This document shows, piece after piece, positions 10,287-20,577 of a DNA stretch of 64,000 nt (the first letter of the stretch is position 1; each line of letters opens with the position of its first letter). The notes under the pieces are model-generated. The model was not told the DNA's origin. It saw only the letters and a program-made list of their open reading frames with translations, and did no database searches. The DNA is from an uncultured Fidelibacterota bacterium (GTDB lineage Bacteria > Fidelibacterota > Marinisomatia > Marinisomatales > UBA1611). Position numbers and translations under genes: made by a program. The DNA lies in contig CAJWLO010000002.1 in assembly GCA_913043235.1 (NCBI GenBank), forward strand, positions 11,055 to 75,054, written 5' to 3'.

Positions 10287-10320
10287 ATTGAAAAATCCTG
10301 CTGCGGCAGGGTTTTTCAAT
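10287..10320. terminator. Rho-independent terminator, probably bidirectional
   Basis: attgaaaaatcctgc-tgcg-gcagggtttttcaat hairpin with A and T tracts, just after the stop codon. Confidence 0.8.
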
Positions 10321-10395
10321 TACAACCATATTATTTTCCTTGAGAATCAATTCTTTTTTTCTCATACTATGCTATATAAGAATTGAGGAAAAATA

Positions 10396-10635
10396 ATGAA
10401 AGAATATATTAAGGGCCTGATCACAGGTTTAATACTATCATTCTGCGTATTGACACTTTCTGGAGCCGGAGGAACAAGTAGTACAAACAAAATTCTTGAG
10501 AAAATCGAGAAAGATATAAGTAATATAGAGAGTGATATATACCGTATAAGCGAGAAGGGAGTGGAATGCCTCAGCGCCGTTCGCTGTGGCGGTGGTTTTG
10601 TGGATCGCATATTAGAAGATGTGAACTGTCAGTGA
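10396..10635 (+). CDS. Small exported/membrane hypothetical protein with three C-terminal Cys
   Basis: RBS gagga; hydrophobic N-terminus; short coiled segment. Confidence 0.6.
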   Translation: MKEYIKGLITGLILSFCVLTLSGAGGTSSTNKILEKIEKDISNIESDIYRISEKGVECLSAVRCGGGFVDRILEDVNCQ

Positions 10636-11114
10636 AGATCATGTTACAAACCTTCTTTTTAAGCCTAGTATTCAGGATGCTTGTCTGTGAGTTCTTGGAA
10701 GCCCAGTCGGTATTTATTTCGATTCAACCATTTGAGTATACAACTGGCGAACAAAAATTAACGGAAGATATTATATACCTTTTTGAAACCCAGTTTAGGA
10801 AAACTCCTTTAGTAGCATTGGTTCCTAAAGAACAGGAGACAGAAATCATGGATCAGGACCAATACCTATTAGATGGGTCTATCCGTATTAAGCCCATCCG
10901 TCTGAGAGACATGTATGGCAAATATAAGGTTATTCGCGGTCATCTGGGTCTGTTTCCTGAACACTACACTCTTTCTGCAGAAATGGTTGATAAGAATACG
11001 GGAGCTCTGGAATACTCTTTCCAATTTAAGGGTTCACTTCATGATGTTCGGACCTTAGGTGTAGACCAAATGGTTATAGAATTCTCTAGTCGTTTGGCAA
11101 AACTGGGTCTTTGA
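10632..11114 (+). CDS. Hypothetical exported protein (TolB-N/CsgG-like alpha/beta fold possible)
   Basis: GTGA overlap with the upstream stop (alternative ATG 10641); signal-like N-terminus; 'SIQPFE...LSAEMVDKNTG'. Confidence 0.5.
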   Translation: MKIMLQTFFLSLVFRMLVCEFLEAQSVFISIQPFEYTTGEQKLTEDIIYLFETQFRKTPLVALVPKEQETEIMDQDQYLLDGSIRIKPIRLRDMYGKYKVIRGHLGLFPEHYTLSAEMVDKNTGALEYSFQFKGSLHDVRTLGVDQMVIEFSSRLAKLGL

Positions 11115-11204
11115 ATATTTTATAGTTTGTTCTGTCTTTGTATAGATAATTATTGACAGTAACATGGTAATATTTTGTAATAACTTGGCAAAAGACCTAA
11201 GTTA

Positions 11205-11325
11205 ACGATGCACTCTTAGCCAAAAGGCCTACGTTTTTCCTGATGGAAGTGATAAGGTCTACGGCCGGTACGGTTTGACCGGAAACGGTTATACCGCTCC
11301 CGATTCCCGGTTCCTTGGGATGAAT
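11205..11325 (+). ncRNA. Moco (molybdenum cofactor) riboswitch-like RNA motif
   Basis: Directly 5' of moaA. Has 'actcttagcc' at the 5' end, ggcct/aggtct and ttcc-tgat-ggaa stems, a 'gaccGGAAACggtt' hairpin and 'gctcccg', as in Moco RNA consensus elements. Confidence 0.7.
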
Positions 11326-11329
11326 TGGA

Positions 11330-12376
11330 ATGAGTATGAATAACGATACTAAAACTGAAAAATCTGTCGAAAGTAGGCAGAAAATCCGTTCTTCCGCACT
11401 TTTAGACCAGTTCGGCCGTACCTTTGATTATGTTCGGATTGCAGTGAATGAAAAATGTAACCTACGTTGTATCTACTGCATGCCTGAAAATGGCGTACCC
11501 TTTAAACCTGAAAATAATTTGCTTAACCCGGATGAAATCAAACAACTCGTTAATATTTTGGCTAGCTTGGGTGTTAAAAAAGTACGTTTTACTGGTGGAG
11601 AGCCATTATTGCATAATGATATTATTGAATTAATCCAAACGGCAGCATTTACACCAGGAATTCGATCTGTGCATCTAACAACAAATGGCGTTTTGCTTAA
11701 ATCAAAAATATCAGAATTACAGGATTCAGGGTTAACCGGTGTCAATATCAGTTTAGATACTTTGGATTCTGAAAAATTTGAGCAGATAACTCGCCGTAAA
11801 AATTTATATAATGTAATGTCTGGATTAGATGCTGTCTTAGCATCAGGACGATTTAAAACAAAATTAAATGTGGTTGTTATGCGGAATTTTAATGAGGATG
11901 AATTGGATCGCTTTGTTGGAATGACCAAACATCGTGATATTGTTGTACGTTTCATTGAATTGATGCCCTTTGATTCACAGCAGATCTGGAAAACAGGTAA
12001 ATTCTATGGTGCAGATCAAATTATAAGGGATATTAAGAATGCATTCCCACACCTGGTTATCGATAAGGGATCAAGGACGGAGCACAACATTTACAGAATA
12101 CCAGGCTACCGAGGGAAAATCGCTGTGATACCTTCATATTCCCGGAATTTATGCGGGGCCTGTAATCGTATCCGTATCACGGCAGATGGCAAAATATTAA
12201 ACTGTCTATTTTCAGGTCAAGAAACCAGTCTAATTGATCGATTGCGTGGAGGCGCAAGTGATGGAGAAATTGCTGAGTTAATAAAAACGGCAATGTGGCA
12301 TAAACTGGAAAATGGCTGGCAAGCTCAGAAAACAGGTGAAGAACAAAGAAACAGTATGACCCAGATCGGAGGATGA
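11330..12376 (+). CDS. moaA: GTP 3',8-cyclase
   Basis: Radical SAM CNLRCIYC, TGGEP, CxxCNRIR...C, C-terminal 'MTQIGG'. Confidence 0.97.
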   Translation: MSMNNDTKTEKSVESRQKIRSSALLDQFGRTFDYVRIAVNEKCNLRCIYCMPENGVPFKPENNLLNPDEIKQLVNILASLGVKKVRFTGGEPLLHNDIIELIQTAAFTPGIRSVHLTTNGVLLKSKISELQDSGLTGVNISLDTLDSEKFEQITRRKNLYNVMSGLDAVLASGRFKTKLNVVVMRNFNEDELDRFVGMTKHRDIVVRFIELMPFDSQQIWKTGKFYGADQIIRDIKNAFPHLVIDKGSRTEHNIYRIPGYRGKIAVIPSYSRNLCGACNRIRITADGKILNCLFSGQETSLIDRLRGGASDGEIAELIKTAMWHKLENGWQAQKTGEEQRNSMTQIGG

Positions 12377-12379
12377 TTT

Positions 12380-13321
12380 ATGAAAGAATTTTCACATCTG
12401 GATAAAGATGGTAATGTTTACATGGTGGACGTTACTGAAAAACAGGTTAGTATGCGAACCGCGAAAGCAGAAGGAAAAATTTTTCTTAGTGCTGAAACGA
12501 TCCATAAAATGAAGGAAGATGCTATTCCCAAAGGGAATGTGCTAACTACAGCCAAGTTGGCAGGAATCCAAGCTGCTAAGAAGACATCAGAACTAATACC
12601 CATGTGCCACCAGCTTCAACTTTCTCACGTTGATTTGACATTTGAACTAAAAAAGAAACATATTATAATTAGGTCTATTGTAAAAACAAAGGAAGCTACC
12701 GGGGTGGAGATGGAAGCATTGACAGCAGTTTCCGCGTCCGCCTTGACAATATACGATATGTGCAAGGCATTGGATAAGGATATGGTCCTAGGTGAGATTG
12801 CACTTATAAATAAAAAAGGCGGCACATCCAGTCATACGGTCACCTATCGGCCGCTAGTAGGTATTATTACTATGAGTGATGGTGTGGCTGCGGGAAGCAG
12901 GGAAGACAAATCTGGGAAAATATTATCTGATGGTTTTAAACGGGCAGGTTGTTCCATCCAAAAACAGCTGGTATTGCCTGACGGTTCGGAAGAACTTAGA
13001 GAAACCATCCAATCCTGGATTGATTCTGGAGTAGAACTGATTATGACTACGGGAGGAACCGGCCTGGGACCGCGGGACCTAACCATTTCTTTAATGGAAA
13101 CAATGTTCAATTCCCGTTTACCAGGGATCGAACAAGCTCTCCATGCTTATGGCAGGGGAAAACTGGCGACAGCCAGCCTGTCTCGTCTGGCAGCAGGCGT
13201 AGTTGGTCCCGCCATCGTAATTTGTTTACCCGGAAGCCCCGGGGCAGTGAGGGATGGCCTTGTGGTATTGATTCCAGCCATTTTTCATGCCTACCACATG
13301 ATGAAGGGTGAAGGACATTAA
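12380..13321 (+). CDS. moaCB: Bifunctional MoaC-MoaB/MogA fusion
   Basis: 'MVDV', 'LIPMCH', 'TGVEMEALT' (MoaC) followed by 'TTGGTGLGPRD', 'LPGSP' (MoaB/MogA). Confidence 0.93.
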   Translation: MKEFSHLDKDGNVYMVDVTEKQVSMRTAKAEGKIFLSAETIHKMKEDAIPKGNVLTTAKLAGIQAAKKTSELIPMCHQLQLSHVDLTFELKKKHIIIRSIVKTKEATGVEMEALTAVSASALTIYDMCKALDKDMVLGEIALINKKGGTSSHTVTYRPLVGIITMSDGVAAGSREDKSGKILSDGFKRAGCSIQKQLVLPDGSEELRETIQSWIDSGVELIMTTGGTGLGPRDLTISLMETMFNSRLPGIEQALHAYGRGKLATASLSRLAAGVVGPAIVICLPGSPGAVRDGLVVLIPAIFHAYHMMKGEGH

Positions 13322-13349
13322 TGCATTTATTTTCCATTAGGCGTCTTGC

Positions 13350-14573
13350 ATGCTTACGGTAGAAAAAGCCAGGAATATTATAACTGAAAACGTGAAGCTT
13401 CTGGATATCCAGCAGGTAAAACTACAGGAAACATCCGGACGGGTTCTAGCTGAAGATATCACTGCGTTGTTTCCCATGCCTCGCTTCGATAATTCAGCTA
13501 TGGATGGATTTGCGGTTAAAGCAGCCGACATCGCTGGTGCGGGAAAGGATAATGCAGTATCACTGAAAATGATCGGCGGTGTCTCAGCGGGTGATCCAGG
13601 TGATCTTGTGCTAAAACCAGGAGAGTGTGCACAGTGTATGACTGGTGCACCTATCCCCGAGGGTGCGGACGCTGTAGTCATGGTAGAAGATACCAGCGGT
13701 TATGATAGCAGTGGAACAGTGAAAATTTACCTTGAAGCATATCCTGGAAAACATATCCGCAGAAAGGGTGAAGAAATTTCTGAGGGTGATGTGCTTATTC
13801 AGAAAAAAACTAAAATTACACCAGCGGAAATGGGTACTCTAGCTACTTTTGGTTACAAACATGTTCAGGTCTATCGTAGCCCAAGAGTAGCCTTGATTGG
13901 AACTGGCGATGAATTGGTAAAACCAGGTCGTCCTCTTAAACCTGGGCAAATATATAATTCCAATTTATTTGTATTTTCCGATCTGGCTAACAGGTTGGGA
14001 GCAAAGGTTATCATAGATGATATCGTTGCAGATGATCCAAAGGCACTCCATACATGCCTATCCCAGGCATTGATGGAATGTGATGTTGTTATTTCATCAG
14101 GAGGTGTTTCTATGGGCCGTCACGACTATGTACGGAAAATATTTATGGAATTGGGAGTGAGTGAACATTTCTGGCGAGTGGCACAAAAACCAGGTAAACC
14201 ATTATTCTTTGGGACCACTGCCGATACGTTAATTTTTGGTCTGCCTGGTAACCCGGTATCCAGTTTCATTGGTTTTATGGAATGGGTATGGCCGGCCATA
14301 GAAAAAATGATGGGCATAACCGCGAGCAGAACTATACCCGCTATATTGGCAGATCAATTTCCTCGAGAGCGAGTTAAAACCCGTTTTCTTTTTGGCCGGG
14401 CTTGGTGGGATGAAGGCCATCTGGTCTGTGCATCTTCTTTAAAGGTTGGTTCTCATATGCTTTCGTCTTCGCTGGATGCCAATTGTATCATTAGCAGCGA
14501 GCCTGGCGATAAACCCCTCCAACCAGGGGAAATGGTGCAGATACGAATTTTGCCATGGAAATCGATCCCATGA
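13350..14573 (+). CDS. moeA: Molybdopterin molybdotransferase
   Basis: 'FDNSAMDGFA', 'MTGAPIPEGADAVVMVE', 'SGGVSMG', 'GLPGNP'. Confidence 0.96.
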   Translation: MLTVEKARNIITENVKLLDIQQVKLQETSGRVLAEDITALFPMPRFDNSAMDGFAVKAADIAGAGKDNAVSLKMIGGVSAGDPGDLVLKPGECAQCMTGAPIPEGADAVVMVEDTSGYDSSGTVKIYLEAYPGKHIRRKGEEISEGDVLIQKKTKITPAEMGTLATFGYKHVQVYRSPRVALIGTGDELVKPGRPLKPGQIYNSNLFVFSDLANRLGAKVIIDDIVADDPKALHTCLSQALMECDVVISSGGVSMGRHDYVRKIFMELGVSEHFWRVAQKPGKPLFFGTTADTLIFGLPGNPVSSFIGFMEWVWPAIEKMMGITASRTIPAILADQFPRERVKTRFLFGRAWWDEGHLVCASSLKVGSHMLSSSLDANCIISSEPGDKPLQPGEMVQIRILPWKSIP

Positions 14574-15559
14574 TTATTACACCTCATGAACTACAGCAGT
14601 GGATGGATGAAAAGCGAATATTTCAATCCATTGATTTACGTTCATCAAATCAGCGACGGGAATTCCCTTTGACTGCGATAAAACCGCTAATCGCAGATAC
14701 TGAATCATTACCGGTACCCAATGGAGAGCCAATGGTTCTTATTTGCCAGTTTGGTATTATTACAGAAGGGATAATTATTGAAAAGGAATTGGAAAAGGCT
14801 TATAGTCTTCTGGGTGGTGCCCTGGCTTGGGAAGCATTGCAATCTGATAAACAGGATCTTAGTCGTTGGTCACGGCAGACTGTATTGCCTGAAATTGGGA
14901 CAATTGGGCAAGGAAAATTAAATAGGGCTTCCATCGCTATCGTGGGTGTTGGTGGCTTGGGTTGCCCGGCTGCGACTATGCTTGCTGCAGCTGGTATAGG
15001 TACCTTAATACTCATTGATGGTGATAGAGTTGAACTTTCCAATATTCACCGCCAGCCTCTTTATGGTATTGGCGATGTTGGCAAAATGAAAGTGACTGCA
15101 GCAACAGCCATCTTAAACAATCATTATGATCAGGTTAGCGTGGTACCAGTAGTTAAAACTCTTAATGAAGGCAATGCCTTGGATTATTTACAAGGGGTGG
15201 ATGTAATTATCGATGCAACCGATAATATTGAGGCAAGGCAGGTCATCGACCGTGCTTCTAGAGAGTTAACGATTCCCATGGTATATGGTGGCCTCTATCG
15301 ATTCGAGGGGCAAGTTGCGATTTTGAACCATGATGGCAGTCCTGGTTTCAATGAATTATTTCCTCAACCTTCCTCCGTTGGAGATACTTGTACGGATGCG
15401 GGTGTATTAGGAATGTTGCCGGGGATTATTGGTAACATGCAGGCTCTGGAAGCAGTCAAACTGATTGTGGATCTGAATTCAACCCTATCCGGGAAACTGC
15501 TTATTTACGATGGTCTTACCCATGAAACAACCATAATAAAATTGTGCGAGAATAAATGA
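14570..15559 (+). CDS. moeB: Molybdopterin-synthase adenylyltransferase (ThiF/MoeB) with N-terminal rhodanese-like domain
   Basis: ATGA overlap with moeA; 'RWSRQ', 'GVGGLG', 'DGDRVELSNIHRQ', 'TCTDAGVLG'; N-terminal 'IDLR...LICQFG...SLLGG'. Confidence 0.9.
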   Translation: MIITPHELQQWMDEKRIFQSIDLRSSNQRREFPLTAIKPLIADTESLPVPNGEPMVLICQFGIITEGIIIEKELEKAYSLLGGALAWEALQSDKQDLSRWSRQTVLPEIGTIGQGKLNRASIAIVGVGGLGCPAATMLAAAGIGTLILIDGDRVELSNIHRQPLYGIGDVGKMKVTAATAILNNHYDQVSVVPVVKTLNEGNALDYLQGVDVIIDATDNIEARQVIDRASRELTIPMVYGGLYRFEGQVAILNHDGSPGFNELFPQPSSVGDTCTDAGVLGMLPGIIGNMQALEAVKLIVDLNSTLSGKLLIYDGLTHETTIIKLCENK

Positions 15560-15798
15560 AAGTTACAGTTAAATGTTTTTCTCAGGTAAAATATGCCCTG
15601 AAGGTTAATCAAATATTCTTGGATCTGGAACCAGGGCAAACGACGGCAGATGTGGAAGAAGCAGTCCGCAAACATGCCACGGGAAAGTTGGATGGTATTA
15701 GTCTGCGTATCGCAGTTAACCGCGTTTATGTACAGGAACCAGTGGTTGTAGAGGATGGCGACGAAGTTGCTCTAATTCCTCCGGTACAGGGTGGATAG
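15556..15798 (+). CDS. moaD: Molybdopterin synthase sulfur carrier
   Basis: Ubiquitin-like; ends 'DEVALIPPVQGG'. Confidence 0.93.
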   Translation: MKVTVKCFSQVKYALKVNQIFLDLEPGQTTADVEEAVRKHATGKLDGISLRIAVNRVYVQEPVVVEDGDEVALIPPVQGG

Positions 15799-16212
15799 AT
15801 GATTATTACTGAAATCGTGCATGGTCGGATTATACATTTTCCTACAGATGAAACACGCCGGGACGAAGGAGCCGAGTTAGTCTTTAATGGTCGGGTACGC
15901 AGTACAGAAAATGGGGAACTAATCCTTGCTTTGGAATATGAACATTATAGTGGTATGGCCGAAAAAGAACTAAATGGTTTAGCACAGGAGACAGTAGAAA
16001 AATTTCCACTGAGGGATTTATTTTGCCGACACCGTATTGGCCGGATCAATATTGGTGAAACCAGTCTACATGTTGCAATTTGGTCCAAGCATCGCAAAGA
16101 AGGTCTGGAAGCAATGACCTATTTCATTACTGAACTCAAGAAGCGGGTGCCCATTTGGAAATGGGCCATTTTACGCGATGGAGAGAAGGTCCCCAGCGAA
16201 TGTATACATTAA
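15799..16212 (+). CDS. moaE: Molybdopterin synthase catalytic subunit
   Basis: 'FNGRVR', 'LEYEHY', 'HRIG', 'HRKEG', 'KKRVPIWK'. Confidence 0.93.
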   Translation: MIITEIVHGRIIHFPTDETRRDEGAELVFNGRVRSTENGELILALEYEHYSGMAEKELNGLAQETVEKFPLRDLFCRHRIGRINIGETSLHVAIWSKHRKEGLEAMTYFITELKKRVPIWKWAILRDGEKVPSECIH

Positions 16213-16272
16213 ATAACTGATATGTAATTATATACAATATCCTTTGCTAAGTAGCAAGAATTCAACTTTGTC

Positions 16273-16301
16273 TTGATAATCATAAACGACTGTTATATTT
16301 T
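16273..16301 (+). promoter_or_regulatory. Sigma-70-type promoter for the coxGSLM-like operon
   Basis: TTGATA-17 nt-TATTTT, overlapping a TGn-TATATT extended -10. Confidence 0.45.
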
Positions 16302-16375
16302 AATCTACCTTATTCCTTGGACTAACGTAGGGTTCCACATACCAGGTTTTAACAAATGAAGAAATTGGAGTTCAT

Positions 16376-16831
16376 TTGGCAATACGCCTGGAAAAAGAAT
16401 ATCATATAGACCTTCCTCGCGAAGATGTCTGGTATGCGATCCAGAACCCAGATATCCTAGCACAGATTCTCCCTAACTGCCAGTCTCTTGAACCAAAGGG
16501 GAATAATCAATTCACAGCCCACATTGATATTAAGGTGGGACCCGTTCGTAGCAAATTCGAGTCTAGCTTTGAAATGTTTGATATACATGAACCAGAAGGA
16601 TACAAATTTCTTGTTCGTGGTAACGGCAAGAATGGATCCATGAATGGCCAGGGAGAGATAAAACTTCACTCCAATAAAGATGGTACTAATTTCACGTTTA
16701 TTGCTGAAGGAAATGTCGCTGGGATTCTTGCCCGTGTTGGTCAGCGTTTGATTGAGGCAACTGGGAAAAAATTAATGGACCAGGGGTTTGAAAATTTTAA
16801 GAATAAAGTAATTGAAAGCAATATGGCATAG
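16376..16831 (+). CDS. coxG: CoxG/SRPBCC-family protein
   Basis: TTG start with GGAG RBS; 'VW..IQNPDIL..ILPNC', 'KVGPV', 'LARVGQRLI'. Confidence 0.85.
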   Translation: MAIRLEKEYHIDLPREDVWYAIQNPDILAQILPNCQSLEPKGNNQFTAHIDIKVGPVRSKFESSFEMFDIHEPEGYKFLVRGNGKNGSMNGQGEIKLHSNKDGTNFTFIAEGNVAGILARVGQRLIEATGKKLMDQGFENFKNKVIESNMA

Positions 16832-16857
16832 TGATACCTAAAATAAAGGAGCAAATT

Positions 16858-17334
16858 ATGAGTCATAAAATATCGATGACAGTAAATGGTAATTCATGTA
16901 CTGGTGATGTAGAAGCAAGGACCTTATTGGTAGATTTTCTTCGCGACCATTTAGATTTAACAGGTACGAATATTGGTTGTGATACCAGCCAATGCGGTGC
17001 TTGCACCATTATTATGGATGGTTGTGTTATAAAATCTTGCACAGCACTGGCTGTCCAGGCTGATGGCAGTGAGATTACCACCATTGAAGGACTTGCAAAC
17101 AGTGGCGAATTGCATCCCCTCCAGCAGGCATTTTGGGATGAGCATGGTTTGCAGTGTGGCTATTGTACGCCAGGTATGATTATGGCTGGTGTTGGTTTAC
17201 TGGGTGACAATCCGAAACCATCTGAGTTTGAGATACGACATTCCCTTGAAGGCAATATATGCCGTTGTACCGGGTACCAGAATATTGTAAAAGCTATCCA
17301 AACCACATCACAGACGATGGAAGGAGGCGCATAA
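16858..17334 (+). CDS. coxS: Molybdenum hydroxylase 2Fe-2S subunit (CoxS-like)
   Basis: RBS aaggag plus ATG 16858; '[10 protein letters not shown]...C' and 'QCGYC...CRC'. Confidence 0.92.
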   Translation: MSHKISMTVNGNSCTGDVEARTLLVDFLRDHLDLTGTNIGCDTSQCGACTIIMDGCVIKSCTALAVQADGSEITTIEGLANSGELHPLQQAFWDEHGLQCGYCTPGMIMAGVGLLGDNPKPSEFEIRHSLEGNICRCTGYQNIVKAIQTTSQTMEGGA

Positions 17335-19691
17335 TGGGTAAACATATAGGCAAAAGTGTAAAAAGAGTAGAAGACCCGAGGTTTATTCAGGGAAAGGGTA
17401 ATTATGTAGCGAACATTAAACTCCCAGAAATGGCTCATGTAGCAGTTCTGAGGAGCCCCCATGCCCATGCTAAGATCAACAGTATAAATATAGACGCCGC
17501 TAAAGCTTTGGATGGTGTAATTGATATATTTGTTGGAAAGGATCTCATTGATGATGGTGTCGGTAAAATGCCTGTTATCTGGCAGGTGCCAGATAACAAA
17601 ATTCCAGACCGCTGGCCTTTGGTACCAGACAAAGTACGTCATGTTGGAGATAGTGTCGCAGCTGTCGTAGCGGAAAATCAATATATAGCACGCGACGCCC
17701 TAGATTTAATTCAAGTTGATTATGAAGTGCTTGACGCTACAATAGGTGCTAAGGCTACCACGGAAGATGGAAAACCTCTCGTTCATGATGAAATTGAAAA
17801 TAATATTAGTTTCAAATGGGGTTTAGGAGATAGGGAAGCATGTGATAAAGCCTTTGAAGAAGCGGATCATGTGGTAAAATTGGATTTGATCAACCAGCGT
17901 CTGATTGCTAATGCCATGGAACCAAGAGCTTGTGCTGCCCAATGGGTCACTGCGACAGAGAATATGACAGTGTGGACGACTAGTCAGAATCCGCACATTA
18001 TCCGTTTTGGGCTAAGTGCTGTTACTCTGCCAATGCTTGATGAGCATAAACTGAGGGTCATTTCTCCGGATGTAGGTGGTGGGTTTGGGAGCAAAATATT
18101 CCATTACCCGGAAGAGGTGATTGTGCCTTGGATAGCAAAAAAGATTAACAGGCCCTGCAAATGGGTTGCCACAAGAAGTGAATCTTTTATGACCGACTCT
18201 CAAGGACGTGATCATGTCCAAAACTGCAAGTTAGCATTAAAAAGTGACGGTACTATTACTGGACTATACGTGGAACTTCATGCTGACATGGGTGCATACT
18301 TATCAAGTATTGCACCATTGATTCCAACTGTCATTTGCATTACTCTTTTTTCCGGATTATATAAAAATCCAGGGATATGGGGTGAAACCACGGGAACACT
18401 AACTAATACTGTTCCTGTAGATGCCTACCGCGGTGCAGGAAGGCCAGAAGCATCTTACTTACTGGAACGAATCATAGATGTGGCTGCCAAGGAACTAGAT
18501 ATGGATCCTATTGAAATACGAAGAAAGAATTTTATTGGAAAAGATGAATTTCCTTATCAGACACCGGTGGCATTTTTATACGACAGTGGTGATTACCATG
18601 CCATGTTCGATAAACTGGAAGAAATTGCAGATTACAAAGGTATGCGAGCTGCCCAGGCTAGTGCAAAAGATGAAGGACGGCTTGTGGGAATTGGTGTAAG
18701 TGGTAGCGTAGAAGCAAGTGGATATGGTCCAGCGGCTACCGTAGGAGCACTGGGATTTTATGGTGGTATGTGGGAGCACGGAGGTATTCGAGTTCACCCG
18801 ACAGGTAAAGTTACAGCTTTTACGGGTTCTCATTCACATGGACAGGGTCATGAGACCACTATGGCTCAAATTGTAGCTGATAAATTGGGTATTGAAGTTG
18901 CCGATGTTGATGTAGTACATGGTGACACTGATCTTGTAACCCAAGGTATGGGTACCTACGGAAGCCGCAGTGCAGCGGTTGGTGGTGAAGCACTGTCAAA
19001 TGCTGCAAAGACGATACGTAATAAGCTAGTAACACTCGCTGCCCATCTCATGGAAGTGTCTGAAGATGATTTGGCATACGACGATGAAAATGGCACTGTT
19101 CATGTAAAAGGTGTTCCGGAAAAATCGAAGGCATTTGGAGAACTCGCATTTGCTGCCTACAGCGGCCATAGCCTACCGGAAGGAATGGATCCTGGTTTGG
19201 AAACCGCAGCCTATTATAATCCTGGAAATTTTACATTCCCGTCCTCTGCTCACCTGGTGCAAGTGGAAGTAGATAAAGATACTGGTGAAATTGAGGTTCA
19301 GAAATATGTTGCAGTTGAGGATTGTGGAAATGTAATTAATCCCATGGTGGTTGAAGGCCAGATTTTGGGCGGAATAGCACAGGGTGTGGGACAGGCTCTT
19401 TATGAGCATGGTGTCTATGATGATGATGGCCAATTGGTCACTGGGTCTATGCTGGATTATACCATGCCTAGAGCTGACAATTTTCCTATGATTGAATCTG
19501 ACCGTATAGAAACTCCATCCCCCAGTAATACTCTGGGAGTCAAGGGTGTAGGTGAAATGGGAAGTATCACATCACCACCAGCAGTGGTAAATGCTGTTGT
19601 TGATGCCTTATCCGGTTATGGTGTAAAGGATATTGAGATGCCACTTACATCAGAAAAAATCTGGAACCTAATACAAACAAACGGAGGTTAG
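17334..19691 (+). CDS. Xanthine-oxidase-family molybdopterin-binding large subunit, 'form II CoxL'/aldehyde-oxidoreductase type
   Basis: TAATG overlap; 'GGGFGSK'; active-site loop AYRGAGR at 18423-18443 (no Cu-binding Cys); 'HGQGHET', 'KGVGE'. Confidence 0.92.
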   Translation: MGKHIGKSVKRVEDPRFIQGKGNYVANIKLPEMAHVAVLRSPHAHAKINSINIDAAKALDGVIDIFVGKDLIDDGVGKMPVIWQVPDNKIPDRWPLVPDKVRHVGDSVAAVVAENQYIARDALDLIQVDYEVLDATIGAKATTEDGKPLVHDEIENNISFKWGLGDREACDKAFEEADHVVKLDLINQRLIANAMEPRACAAQWVTATENMTVWTTSQNPHIIRFGLSAVTLPMLDEHKLRVISPDVGGGFGSKIFHYPEEVIVPWIAKKINRPCKWVATRSESFMTDSQGRDHVQNCKLALKSDGTITGLYVELHADMGAYLSSIAPLIPTVICITLFSGLYKNPGIWGETTGTLTNTVPVDAYRGAGRPEASYLLERIIDVAAKELDMDPIEIRRKNFIGKDEFPYQTPVAFLYDSGDYHAMFDKLEEIADYKGMRAAQASAKDEGRLVGIGVSGSVEASGYGPAATVGALGFYGGMWEHGGIRVHPTGKVTAFTGSHSHGQGHETTMAQIVADKLGIEVADVDVVHGDTDLVTQGMGTYGSRSAAVGGEALSNAAKTIRNKLVTLAAHLMEVSEDDLAYDDENGTVHVKGVPEKSKAFGELAFAAYSGHSLPEGMDPGLETAAYYNPGNFTFPSSAHLVQVEVDKDTGEIEVQKYVAVEDCGNVINPMVVEGQILGGIAQGVGQALYEHGVYDDDGQLVTGSMLDYTMPRADNFPMIESDRIETPSPSNTLGVKGVGEMGSITSPPAVVNAVVDALSGYGVKDIEMPLTSEKIWNLIQTNGG

Positions 19692-19694
19692 ACC

Positions 19695-20540
19695 ATGCAA
19701 CCAGCAAATTTTGATTACTATCGAGCCAGTTCAATTGATGAAGCCGAATCATTATTTAAAGCTAATGCTGATGCTAGTTTTCTGGCGGGAGGGCACAGCA
19801 TTATTCCAGCAATGAAACTTCGCCTATCCGAACCAGGTTCCCTTGTTGATATTGCAGGGATAAATGATCTGAAGGGTATTAGCAAGGATGATGATACGAT
19901 CCATATTGGTGCTTTGACCACCCATGCTGAGGTGGAAAATTCAGGTGTAGTGAAGGATGGTTGCGAGGCATTGGCAGAAGCAGCCGGTATGATTGGAGAT
20001 CCACAGGTTCGTAATCGTGGTACAATTGGTGGCAATGTTGCACATGCTGATCCCGCTTCAGATTATCCAGGAATTTTAATGGCACTAGGAGCAAAAATAA
20101 TAACGAGTGGCAGAACAATCTCTGTAGAAGACTTTTTTACCGGTTTATTTGAAACGGCATTAAATGATGGGGAAGTTATTACAGAAATACAGGTTCCAGT
20201 ATTAAGCAATGGTAGTGGTGCCGCCTATGCCAAATTTTTTAATCCAGCATCCCGCTATGCTGTGGTTGGAGTTGGAGCTGTTGTTACTTTAGATAACGGA
20301 TCCTGTACCTCCTGCAGGATTGGTGTTACAGGTGCTAGTGATCATGCATTTCGTGCTTCAGCAGCAGAAGATGCTCTAACCGGTTCTGATCTTGGCGATG
20401 ATGCCATAGTTGCTGCGGCAGCAAAAGCAGCTGATGGTCAGGATATGCTCAGTGACCTTGTCGCTTCCGCTGATTATCGTACCCATCTTTGTGGTGTTAT
20501 ACTAAAAAGAGCGGTTTCTAACGCAGCCGAACGAGTTTAA
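19695..20540 (+). CDS. coxM: Molybdenum hydroxylase FAD subunit (CoxM-like)
   Basis: 'AGGHSI', 'DPQVRNRGTIGGNVAHADP'. Confidence 0.92.
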   Translation: MQPANFDYYRASSIDEAESLFKANADASFLAGGHSIIPAMKLRLSEPGSLVDIAGINDLKGISKDDDTIHIGALTTHAEVENSGVVKDGCEALAEAAGMIGDPQVRNRGTIGGNVAHADPASDYPGILMALGAKIITSGRTISVEDFFTGLFETALNDGEVITEIQVPVLSNGSGAAYAKFFNPASRYAVVGVGAVVTLDNGSCTSCRIGVTGASDHAFRASAAEDALTGSDLGDDAIVAAAAKAADGQDMLSDLVASADYRTHLCGVILKRAVSNAAERV

Positions 20541-20577
20541 TGCCTATAGGCCCTGGTAGCCCACCTTTTTTCCGAAT

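Noticed and set aside
11153-11181. TTGACA promoter upstream of the Moco leader
   Set aside because: At 17-nt spacing the -10 is TGTAAT, lacking the key A; not supported enough to list.
17334-19691. Second true CO dehydrogenase
   Set aside because: AYRGAGR lacks the Cu-binding Cys and the gene order is S-L-M; CO oxidation cannot be claimed.
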